Origin: Ruditapes philippinarum | Taxonomy: Eukaryota | Reading direction: 5' to 3' | NCBI RefSeq assembly: GCF_026571515.1 | Contig: NW_026856914.1 | Coordinates: 124,001-188,000, forward strand | Length of the DNA: 64,000 bases | In this document: in pieces, positions 53,692 through 64,000 of the stretch | Position numbering within the stretch: the stretch's first letter is position 1 | Layout: every line of letters starts with the position of its first letter | Translations under genes and position numbers: made by a program | Notes under the pieces: generated by a model | What the model was told of the DNA's origin: nothing | What the model saw: the letters and a program-made list of their open reading frames with translations, nothing else | The model's database searches: none

Positions 53692-56600
53692 TCCTGTACG
53701 AAATTTTGGCACGGATTCTGGGCGGAATTGGCACGGAATTCGCACGGAATCAGTGATTTCTGGGCGGACCAGGGACGGAAACGCAAAATCCATGCCATTC
53801 TGTCTCACAAGAAAAATATTTTGTTCACTTTTCTGGGCGGAAAACTAGAAAAATTCCGGCTGGAATTTTATTTTGAGCAGAATTTATACTTAAACATTTC
53901 ATCTTGGACAGAATTTTCAACTTTGAAATTTTTTTGGGTAGGAATAGTCTTCACTATGGGCGGAATTCTATACTTAAACATTTTTCTTGAACAGAATTTC
54001 ACATATAAGATGTCCAAATCATAATTGTACTCCTGTTTTTGCACTTGCAGACATTGAAATTTTACCTACTGTACTTATTTTTTTTGCTGAACCAATAATT
54101 ACAGGTGTATTTTTAGAATTAATATATTATTTTTTTATAGACATGAAAATAGGCCTTCTTTTTAGATAAAAAATGTGGCATTAATAATATATTGTCAGAC
54201 TAATTTATATTTTTTGTACTGAAAAACAACTGTAATAATCTTAGTGTAGAATTTGAAAACATTCACCTCCAAAATGCTTAAGTTTATAATATAAAGATTT
54301 TTCATACAGCTTGTATTATAATACATTTACTGTATTATGAATTTTTAAATATGATTTTAGGACATCATCTAAAAGCAACATTAAAATAAGAATGCTTTTT
54401 AAATTTGAATATACTATAGAATATAGGGCAGTCACATCGGGACAAGATTATAAGTGTGCTTGCCATTTTAAATTCTAAGAATTCATGATTTTGTTATAAA
54501 AAAAATAAACAAAACAAAACAGTGCATGAAATAATCTCATATATAATGCCCTTTTAATCTATATAAAATTGATCAACCAATATGCCCAATAATTGCTTTT
54601 ATTTACCGTAGGTAAATAAATACTACTATGTATATTCTCACTGAGATTATATTCACCTAGATTTTACACTACACAGATCAGAGCTCTGATAAAACTCTAC
54701 TGACCAGTAGTTTCCCATCATCTATGCATGACTGGTCATTCCAACAGATCAGGCTGTTCCATGTAATTATTTTGGGGAGAGATAACATTATAAATTGCAT
54801 ATGATACTAGAATTTGTCTAGGACATATTGCAATTTTTTTGTACAAAAATTTGTAATTGTTTTTTAAAATTTATATATATCTATTTGTTATTTGATTTAT
54901 CTTTTACATTCAATGAATGAAAGTTAAGATGATGAGTAAATTAACCCTGTTTTACATAATGATGGACCGGTCCATTATACAGTAAACTGTTGGGAATTTT
55001 GAATTCTAAGATATCTGGGTCAGCATTACAGAGGATGTACTTGATATTTTAACAATTTTGGAGTAAAGTTTTGTTTAAGATCTCAAAGTGTTAAAGTAAT
55101 TGGTATGATAACATGGGACAAGGAGATGTATAACATAATCAGGTAATTATTAACTTTTAGTTACATTAATTTAATATGACGACTATCAATACTATTAGTA
55201 GCCAACTAAAATTTGTAACAAGAGGTCATTGTTGTTTTAGTATTTTCAACTTCATACATTTGTTGTTTTTTTTCTGATAATTGTTTTAAATCTTTAATAC
55301 ATGTATTATTTGCAAGTTAAAAATTATTCAATGATTTTTTTGTTAATATAATGATTGTGTAAATCTATATTGTATAAATAGCATGTAAGTATATCTTTTG
55401 CATTTCCTGGAAATTAAACAAATTAAATAAATTTGATTTAATAGGACTAAATGGTACAATCAGTAGTTTTGTACAGTTGAACAGGGTCATCATAATCATT
55501 TATTATTTTACATGTTTGTGTTGTCTTTCCTATGGAACAATCTAAAATTACATTTTACACTCATAATTTGCAGGCTGCTCAGGGACTTAAGTGCTGACTG
55601 TGAGATTGCCAGGTGTTTAATAATGATGTGCAGTATTAATCCTGAAAAGGTATATTTTTAAATCTCTATACTTAACTATTCAACATCTTTCCTTGAAAAA
55701 TACATAACCAGTAATAAATAGTGTCACACATAAAGCAGTCAGTGACTCAGTTAATTCTTATACAGAGCAATTCTTAAACATTTGTACACTTGAATAACTG
55801 ATTCTGTGTTGCTTTACTATTTTTGAATATGCTTTATAAGCATAGTTAATATTTAATACTGTTGAAACATAAAATTTGATATTATTAAAAGATATAAAAT
55901 ATAACTGCATATAATTATGCAATAAAACATAATTAAGCCGTGTCATGACAAAACCAACATAATGGGTTTGCGACCAGCATGGATCCAGACCAGCATGCGC
56001 CTCAGCGCAGTCTGATCAGGATCCATGCTGTTCGCTATCAGTTTCTCTACTTGTAATAGGGATTGTAAGCAAACAGCATGGATCCTGATGAGACCGCGCA
56101 GATGCGCAGGCTGGTCTGGATCCATGCTGGTCGCAAACCCATTATGTTGGTTTTGTCATGACACGGCTCAATTCATTACAAAATATTTGTTTAATTAATT
56201 ATTAATTTTATTATTAAAGGTGAGCACATCCACAAGAAGTTCTAGGAACAAAGGCAGTGGACTTAAAACAGACATGGATTAAAGAAATAGTAATTTAAAT
56301 AATCAGAAACACTTGAAACAAATTTATGATTGAAACACTTCCAGCAAAATAATTGCAAAAAAAACCCACAAAGTGTTGGATTCTAAGATTCCAAAACCTG
56401 CAGCTAGACAAAAACTGTGTTATAGTGAATGTAGGGTATTCTATTCTGTATTTGGACTAAAGGATATGATATTTTTTTATTAAATTTTGTGAAAGAAAAT
56501 TTAATGTGATACATTATTGATAATTTTATCCCAAAATATATGATCATGTTAAACTCATGAAATTCCGCCCCCTGAATTCTGTCCCAGAATTCCGCCCAGA

Positions 56601-56873
56601 ATCTTGTTTGACAATTCCGCTCCGAAATTCCGCCCCAAGGTTCCGCTCCAAAATTCCGCCCCAAGATTCCGCTTCAAAATTCCGCCCCAACTCATTTGCA
56701 TATTTCGTCCCAATTCCGCCCAGAATCCGTTCCATTTCCGCCTGGAATCCGGCCAGAATCCGTGCCAAAAGCAAATGGTTTAACACTTGTATATTCGGGG
56801 GAGAATTTAAATTTCTGGGCGGAATCTGCCTTTGAATTCCGCCCCATTTCCGTGCAGAAAATTTCGTACAGGA
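53692..56873. mobile_element. 3.2-kb TIR-bounded region, EnSpm/CACTA(CMC)-like termini
   Basis: TCCTGTACGAAATTTT...GCACGGA at 53692 and its reverse complement ending at 56873. Subterminal GGGCGGAATT arrays on the left and AATTCCGCCC arrays on the right. No clear TSD. Confidence 0.65.
55935..56169. mobile_element. Sola-like palindromic MITE (copy 6), nested in the CACTA-like region
   Basis: Match to 466-702 with an AATT TSD. Confidence 0.85.
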
Positions 56874-58544
56874 ATTATCAAATATCAAATCAATTCATCA
56901 ATCAGAGCCAAATAGAAGTCTTAAAGTCTTCATCACTGCAAAAATGTTGAAATATGATTAGACTTCAATACTTGTACAGTATGGACCATCATCAGATACC
57001 TGCATTCAACATATTGATTAAGTTAAAGTAACTTAGTGTTGGAACACTTTCTCATGGAATTATAGTATAGTGTGTAATAAATTTCAGGTCAAGGTTTTGC
57101 CCAGGTTTTGTCCAAAATGATAAGTTTTGTGAAAGGCAACACTGTCACAAATAATCCTTTGACAAATTCATGAAAACTACACATATATTGGTGCTGCAAG
57201 TTGTGACCTTTGTCAAAAGGATGTAATGATGGAAATTGTAGAAATTTATTTTTACTGGTATTATGAAATACATGTGCATGTGCAATTTAAATTTTTAAAC
57301 AGTTATATAATCAGAATCTTTTAAGTTTCCTATCAACACTCGCATCAAATGGCTGTACATATGTTTAAAATTCTGGCATCATTTTTAATGAAAATTAGAT
57401 ATTTTCTTACACAATTTTGTAATTTTTGATAAATTTTAAAATTAGCTGTTTCTGAAACTTTAAAATTTACTGTGTGAGATATTGTGTAATACATTAAGGA
57501 TGTAACAAGTTGAATTTTGTTGACATCATTTTCTTCCCAGATCAGGACCAGTATTTTGTGAATGATATCTCCTTTATAAATTTGAATTTTTAGGGTGTTT
57601 ACAGTATCTATGTTATTACTGTTGCTTATTTATAAATGAGATAGCACTTTTAATTAATTAACAATGAGTTATGTCTATTTTTTTCATAGTCTTAAATAAA
57701 TGTAGATCTGCTGGAACCTATGTTATTATTACATTGTAAATGATAGCATTTGAACTGGGGACATTTGTTTCACATTAGCATCATATCATAGAACAAGCTG
57801 CATAAATCCTGCATGATTATATTTGTTTAGGAATATGGTTCCTGATCCTAAGTTAGATTTTTTAATTCAACTTGTAATGTCTGAACTAACAGTTTTGCTT
57901 TAACATGAAATTATTTATGGGATATTTGTCATTCATTACAACATAATAAGACTTGCAGCCTTTCTTTAAATGCTTTTAGATGTTACCTATTTGATTTTGA
58001 ATTTTGCAAAATGAGAGCATTGATGCAAAATTATATCAACCCTTAGCCTGTAGAGTTTATAAATGGACATGTCTGGCTTTCATATTTAAAAGTGTCTATT
58101 ATCATTTTGGGTACATTATTCATCAGGATGAAAAGTTAAAGTTAGTAAGACAACAGTGTGGATCCTGTTCAGTCTCCATAGCCTGGCTTTATACTGCTGG
58201 CAAAAAATCTTCTTAATAACCCTGCCGGGGGGGGGGGGGTCTTTCTCTTTCCCTATATGTGTATAGTAAAAACTTAAAAACTTTCTTGGAGCTAGAGCTT
58301 AGATATTCATCATGAAACATCTTCAAATGGGTGTCTACCAAGTTTGTACAAATAAAATCCCTGGGTTAAAATTGGTCCCGCCCCGGGGACCTATATACAG
58401 ACGCGCGTCGTGTTTTTTTTCTTTTGAATGATTTTCTATGTCATTATTTGAGAAATTATTAATAAGCTAACTTCCATACTTGCTGATAAAGCTTAGAAAT
58501 CCTAAAACAGTTTAACAGAAAAGGAGGTTTTTGTTTACTTGTGT

Positions 58545-61500
58545 AGTTTAATTTTAGTTTAGTTTAATCATATTTTATTGCTTTTACATTTTATACAAAA
58601 ACAGATACATTGTCACATGTAAACATACTACAAAACAGTAACAAATACATTTACAGTTAATACATGGATGTTATAGTTATTATAAAAAAGCAAAAGGGTC
58701 GGGCCACAAGTTTTGACAACATTAGAGAATTGGCCCTTCCCACAACGTCTAACTTGTAGTAAAAAGATGTGCATAAATTCAATTGTAATTGGAATTCCAT
58801 AAATGTATATATCAGCAATCAATATGATATTATTTGAGAAAATAGAATTTGATTATAAAAAATTGTTCAAAGACTAACAAAACTTGAATTAAAAAGTAAT
58901 AAAGAAAAGGAAAAGAGAAAGGAAGAAAGAAAGAAAGAAAGAAAGATTTATTGATTGAATAAATGAAAGAATAAGCACCATGTAGGAGATTGCTGCCCAG
59001 TTCCTGTCCTCAGCATTTATATATAAGTTATGGACAACAATTTACAAGCGTACATGTAGTTGGAAAATTAGTCATTTTCAAATCTCCTTGAATACTTGAT
59101 GAAATTTTGAACGTGAAGGAATAACATATTATTGTCTTCATCACTAAGATGAGTGATACCGAAAAGCAATTTATGGGCACTAAGAGGGTGATAATCACGA
59201 GTATTGGTAAATAACGTTAGCCTTTGGTTTATATACAATGGACATTTGAAAAAGTAATGGTCTGCGTCTTCAGAATAAAAACCGCATTCACAATTTGAAT
59301 TGTCACGTAAGTGATTGTAGTGCAAATCAGCATTTAAATTGCTACACTTATTTCTTATACGTGTGTGGTGAATTTGTAAAAATCTGTCACCAGTAAGGAA
59401 ATATATCGGAACTAGAGGCGGCGTAAAGATTTTTTTAATTTTGGTTTTGAAAGATGAAAGTGTAGGAGACGATCGCGTTTCAAGATCTAAACTGTTCCAT
59501 AATTTAATGGAAGATGGTATCACTGATTTTGAGTAAATTTCTAGACGTCGGGTAACAGTTGCGTAGTTTTCGTTGTTTCTTAAATTATATGTACTAGTAT
59601 TACGAACTATATCTGGAAAAATATCACTTAAATAACAGGGAAGCTCGCCTTGGTTATGTTTATAAACTAGAATTAATTTTTGCATTTTCCTTCTGTCTGC
59701 AAGTGATACCCAACCGATTTCACGAAGAAGGTTGGCGATAGATACTGACCTCGTTAGACCAGTTACAATTCGAGCAGCATCGTATTGAATGCTTTCAAGT
59801 GAATTTTGTTCATACACAGTACAACTATCCCACACTATAGATGCATATTCAATAATTGGTCTTAAATAGGCTATATATATTTGATTAAGTGTTTTCCTTT
59901 TTAATTTAAACTTTAGCATTCGCATTGAACCAAGAATTTTAGAGGCAGAATTAGTTATATTCGAAATATGTTGATGCCATGTACCATCATCACTTAATGT
60001 AACACCTAAATGCTTGTGAGAATGAACAAAATTAAGATGATTATTTTGGAAGTAAATATCAGGGGTGTCGCGATTATTTTTGGAAAGTGAAAAATACATA
60101 ACTTCAGTTTTAGCAGCGTTAAATTGTATTAACCACTGATTTGCCCATGTTGATATAATTTCCAGGTCAGCGTTTATAGTACTTTCTATATAAGTTTTAT
60201 CTTGCGAACTTATTGCTAATGAGCTATCGTCTGCAAACAACCTTGTGACACTTGTAAGAGCGTCAGCTATATCATTCACATAAATAAGGAATAAAAGAGG
60301 CCCTAAAACTGAGCCTTGAGGCACACCAGCTGTTAAAAATTTCTCATTAGAGTATGTAGTACCTACAAAAACTTTTTGTTTTCTATTTTCTAAATAATTT
60401 GAGAACCAATTTAATAAATTTCCGGTAAATCCGTATTGTTTCAGTTTGAAAATGAGACCCTTATGCCACACTCTATCAAAGGCTTTACTTATGTCACAAA
60501 AAACTAAACATGTAGCTTTTCCTTCATCGAAAGCTTTACATATTTGATTATAAATGTCTATTAATTGGTACACGGTTGAGTGTCCTGGAAGGAAGCCTGC
60601 CTGATTTCTGTATATTAATTTATTTTCATGTAGAAAGTTGTAAGAATACTTAAAAATAATACGTTCCATAATTTTTCCTACACAACTTATAAGAGATACA
60701 GGTCTGTAATTGGATGAAATAGATTTATCGCCTTTTTTAAATAATGGCATTACATTAGCAACTTTCCATAAGTTTGGATATGTGTTATTTTGAATGGATC
60801 TATTAAAAAGTATAGTCAAAGGCTCACAAATAGTGTGACAAGTTTCCTTAAGCATTCTATGACTGATTTCGTCTGGTCCGCTAGCTTTATTTACGACGAG
60901 ATTAGATAATATGTCTATAACATCTTGATTTGTAATATTAATATTGCTTAAATTTTTATTTGTTTTTGGCTCGAACTGAGGTAAATTAGTATGAGAGTCG
61001 TCAATATTTGCAATTGAAACAAAAAAATCATTTAAAGTATTGGCTTTGTCTAGATCAGAAAATGCTAATGTGTCCGTGTTTATATAAAGCGGAGGAATAT
61101 TTACGCAACTCGATGAATTTTCTTTAACTAAAAGTTTTACCAATTTCCAGTATTCTTTTTGATTATTTGAACTAAGGTCGTTAAGTGTAAGCTCTATATT
61201 ATTAAAAAATATTTCTTTAGCATGTTTTTTCATGTTATTAACTTTATTTCTAATTCGTTTATAATTGTTCCAATCAGACAGGCTTCCTGAATCCACAGCT
61301 TTACGTTTTTGTCTATCGCGATGTCGGGAGGTTTTTCTTATTTCAGAGTTGTACCATGGTCTGTCGTTTGGTCTAATTGTTGCTAGACTAGTCGGAATGC
61401 ATGACGAAGCTAATTCTAAAAATGTATTTGTAAATGTGCGTGTAGCATTATCTATATTATCACTTTGTAAAAAAGACCAATCTGTCGCTCGAATTTTATT

Positions 61501-62568
61501 GTTTAGTTCATTAAAATCTGCACGTTTATAGTTCCATACTCTGCGTTTGAAAGAAGTCGTAGGGTGAATGTAAGTTTTGATAAAAGAAAATGTTCCGAAA
61601 TGATCACTTATACCTTTGTCCGTTTCGAAAATACCCGAGTGCAAATTTTGAATATTGTTTGTTAATGCAATCGGATCTAAAAGTGTTCGAGAATAGGGAC
61701 TTATACGCGTAGGCTCACTTATAACATTTTTCATATTATTTAACATTAATATATCTCGGAACTTGTGGTTATTCACGTTAAGTTGATCTTCGTTTACATC
61801 TCCTAACAAAATAATATTACTTGAAAGTTCTGAAGCCCTATCTATGCAAATATTAAGCCTTTCCCATAATTCTACAGGCGTTTGTGGAGGACGATACAAA
61901 TTACATATAAAAAATTTGTTGGAATCAGTTTTTACTTCCACCCAGATAGATTCTGGTAAAATGTTTTCCAAACTCAATAGTCTTTTAGATGCGAAGTTAT
62001 TAGACACATAAACTAAAAGTCCGCCGGAATGGGAAGAATTATCTTTTCTGTATATTGAGCTATAACCATCTAATGTTAACATGTCGTCGGTAACATCTGG
62101 GGACAACTTAGTTTCAGTGAAACATAAAACGTCGAAGTCAAGAAAATTATTTTTTACATAATCAAACTTGTTTCTAATACTTCTTATATTTTGATGAAAA
62201 ATAGAAAAAGACGCAGACTCAGGACCTGGATTCAATTCGACATCTCCAGACAATAAAATTAATATACTCAAAAATAACAAATAATAACAATTAATCAATA
62301 CAAATGTATAATCACTTGTTATCTCCCTTTGACTGCAATCGTTAAGTATCAATATAATAACACAAAATGTAAAACCAATATCACTATAAATGTATTGTAT
62401 CTTAGCTATACTTAACTCCAAAAAATTAATGAAATGTAATACTAATTTAACTAACGATAAAATGAGTTCTTGAAAAAATGTAACTTTAAATTGTAAACGC
62501 TTCTTAAACCGTTGTCTTCCATTATTAAATAGCCCAATAGCCGATCGATAAGCTTCTATATCATTCAT
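58545..62568 (-). mobile_element. CR1-group LINE, 3' end complete; the 5' UTR probably extends beyond 62568
   Basis: Intact ORF plus a ~520-bp 3' UTR ending in AATAAAATATGATTAAACTAAACTAAAATTAAAC on the minus strand. Confidence 0.9.
59068..62568 (-). CDS. LINE polyprotein: hydrophobic leader, 2A-like motif, APE endonuclease, reverse transcriptase, C-terminal Zn knuckle
   Basis: SGDVELNPGP; APE motifs HQNIRS, FTETKL, LYRPP, LLGDVN, SDH; RT motifs KASGPD, NYRPVSL, QAGF, DISKAFD, GVPQGSVLGP, LFADD, HLGV; CECG...H...C. 1166 aa with no interruption. Confidence 0.95.
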   Translation of the reverse strand: MNDIEAYRSAIGLFNNGRQRFKKRLQFKVTFFQELILSLVKLVLHFINFLELSIAKIQYIYSDIGFTFCVIILILNDCSQREITSDYTFVLINCYYLLFLSILILLSGDVELNPGPESASFSIFHQNIRSIRNKFDYVKNNFLDFDVLCFTETKLSPDVTDDMLTLDGYSSIYRKDNSSHSGGLLVYVSNNFASKRLLSLENILPESIWVEVKTDSNKFFICNLYRPPQTPVELWERLNICIDRASELSSNIILLGDVNEDQLNVNNHKFRDILMLNNMKNVISEPTRISPYSRTLLDPIALTNNIQNLHSGIFETDKGISDHFGTFSFIKTYIHPTTSFKRRVWNYKRADFNELNNKIRATDWSFLQSDNIDNATRTFTNTFLELASSCIPTSLATIRPNDRPWYNSEIRKTSRHRDRQKRKAVDSGSLSDWNNYKRIRNKVNNMKKHAKEIFFNNIELTLNDLSSNNQKEYWKLVKLLVKENSSSCVNIPPLYINTDTLAFSDLDKANTLNDFFVSIANIDDSHTNLPQFEPKTNKNLSNINITNQDVIDILSNLVVNKASGPDEISHRMLKETCHTICEPLTILFNRSIQNNTYPNLWKVANVMPLFKKGDKSISSNYRPVSLISCVGKIMERIIFKYSYNFLHENKLIYRNQAGFLPGHSTVYQLIDIYNQICKAFDEGKATCLVFCDISKAFDRVWHKGLIFKLKQYGFTGNLLNWFSNYLENRKQKVFVGTTYSNEKFLTAGVPQGSVLGPLLFLIYVNDIADALTSVTRLFADDSSLAISSQDKTYIESTINADLEIISTWANQWLIQFNAAKTEVMYFSLSKNNRDTPDIYFQNNHLNFVHSHKHLGVTLSDDGTWHQHISNITNSASKILGSMRMLKFKLKRKTLNQIYIAYLRPIIEYASIVWDSCTVYEQNSLESIQYDAARIVTGLTRSVSIANLLREIGWVSLADRRKMQKLILVYKHNQGELPCYLSDIFPDIVRNTSTYNLRNNENYATVTRRLEIYSKSVIPSSIKLWNSLDLETRSSPTLSSFKTKIKKIFTPPLVPIYFLTGDRFLQIHHTRIRNKCSNLNADLHYNHLRDNSNCECGFYSEDADHYFFKCPLYINQRLTLFTNTRDYHPLSAHKLLFGITHLSDEDNNMLFLHVQNFIKYSRRFEND

Positions 62569-62922
62569 CTATAAGGATACAGTACAACTGCTAAATAAAC
62601 TATGACCGACCGTAGGACTGAGTAATAAAAGTTAATATCATGACTGAGACCAGGTAACGGGCAGGCAACGTAACACAGTGCTATATTCAGAGAGACAGTG
62701 GTTAGCATAAATAAAATAACAGAAATGTAAATACTAAACATAATGAGATAGGAATAAACTAGTTCCTCAAGTATGATGATAAAGTAGAATAAAATAACTT
62801 AATTATGGTACAAAAGACAGTACATATATGTAATGGACAAGATACCAAACCAGACCAAATAATACATTAAAGTACAACTAATTGATTATTTTGTTCACAT
62901 TTTGCAAATTTTGTCATAGAAT

Positions 62923-62991
62923 GCGCGTGTGCATGTGTGCGTGTACGTGTGTGTGCACGTGTGTGTGTGTGTGTGTTGGTGTGTGTGTGCG
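62923..62991. repeat. Imperfect (GT/GC)n microsatellite
   Basis: Alternating purine-pyrimidine tract. A similar tract lies at 44761-44814. Confidence 0.85.
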
Positions 62992-64000
62992 TTTATACAC
63001 TACATGTACTTACAATAAATTTGAATTGACAGAAACGATATCGTTTTTTGTTACTAAAGTCAGAGATTTTATGGTGACAAAATACCAACATTCAAAATCT
63101 ATTTTAATTTTCAATATTCAAAGTTAAAATTTTTACTAATAAAAAGATAGAAAAAATAAGAGTACACAAGAAACTTGATCAACTTACACGAAGTCTATAG
63201 CACAAAGAAATTTACAAACTAGCTACAAATCAGAATACTTTATGCATCAGTAAAGAAAGAAAATTTTACAAACAATAACAACAAGGAAACACCAAGCATA
63301 CAATACAAATTAAACAAACAAACAATCAAAAGGTCCAGACTGACATTTATTTGACAAAAATCTACATACGGCCCTAAAAAAAAACAACAAAAAACAACCT
63401 TGTAATACTTATCTTTTATAAACAACATGAAATCAATCGTTTTCATAGACTGTAATACACCACTGGTTATTAATTACATTTGTTCGCAAATTTTAAAACT
63501 GAAGTATTAATTTATCAGTAAAACTTAAATGAAAAACAGAGCATAATTTAATTACATTTATAATCTGACATGGTGAAAAATACATGATGTAAATTTACAA
63601 TGACATAATAACCAGTTTTCTGTGTGAAAGATGAACGAGTTATTTCTCTTTATGTTTCTAATCGCGCGCTTCATGGGTACTGAACATGTGTGTTACCAAA
63701 AACATGTACTCGTTCATGAAATGAAATAATCTTTTTATGAATTAATTGAGAAATTAGGTACATTCATAATGCTACTGAATAATTATTTAGACTAATAGCA
63801 AATGTGCAAATGAATATATGGATTGGAATTAATGTGCAGAATATTATAAACAGTTAGACAATATAATAAGGATATATCGGGATAAATCGTCTGCTCATAG
63901 AAAATCTTACAGGTAAGTCTTATTTACTATGCAGGTCATTCTTACTACCTGGTTGTAATACGGCTGAGTGATCATGAATAAATGAGCCTTTATGTCAACA

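Larger units (their letters stand above)
52325..57855 (+). pseudogene. Decayed multi-exon gene remnant, weakly dynein-heavy-chain-like
   Basis: AG/GT-bounded segments at 54677-54762 (QSSDKTLLTSSFPSSMHDWSFQQIRLFH) and ~54984-55142 plus 55574-55649 (phase-compatible ..MYNIIR|LLRDLSADCEIARCLIMMCSINPEK). Stop-containing segments at 52325-52575, 53361-53470, ~56905-57060 and ~57690-57855. Confidence 0.35.

Noticed and set aside
56404-56950. Cluster of overlapping ORFs on both strands
   Set aside because: They arise from the GC-rich AATTCCGCCC subterminal repeats of the TIR element.
52400-57855. TAA/TAG stops falling where Gln would fit (also 34913), suggesting codon reassignment or RIP-like CpA mutation
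   Set aside because: Intact ORFs in the window end in TAA and use CAA/CAG for Gln. Frameshifts and TGA stops co-occur with these stops, and ordinary C-to-T decay explains the pattern.

Overview
AT-rich, repeat-dense animal genomic DNA, most likely from a bivalve mollusc judging by the repeat families (an inference). Most of the short ORFs in the track are noise or come from repeats. (1) The most notable feature is an intronless ~2.6 kb reading frame at 33278-35887. I recognise by eye that its motifs follow the bacterial 'sporadically distributed' TIGR04141/DUF6119 family from end to end, including a C-terminal E-x-C-D...H-V-K nuclease-like motif. It sits behind a spliceosomal acceptor, has an NLS-like N-terminal extension, and is split by one in-frame TAA. 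It is a candidate bacteria-to-animal transferred gene with a possible defence role. (2) An intact CR1-type LINE ORF (59068-62568, minus strand) carries a 2A-like ribosome-skipping motif. There is also an older fragment of the same family and a decayed RTE-X-like LINE. (3) A small LTR (TRIM-like) element has tRNA-derived LTRs, a PBS and a PPT (31594-31952). (4) There are many non-autonomous DNA transposons with readable target-site duplications (Sola-, MULE-, hAT-, Kolobok- and Tc1/mariner-like). A 3.2 kb CACTA-like TIR pair encloses exon-like fragments. (5) There are three minisatellites and decayed multi-exon gene remnants, one of them weakly dynein-heavy-chain-like. All family assignments are by eye; no database search was run.
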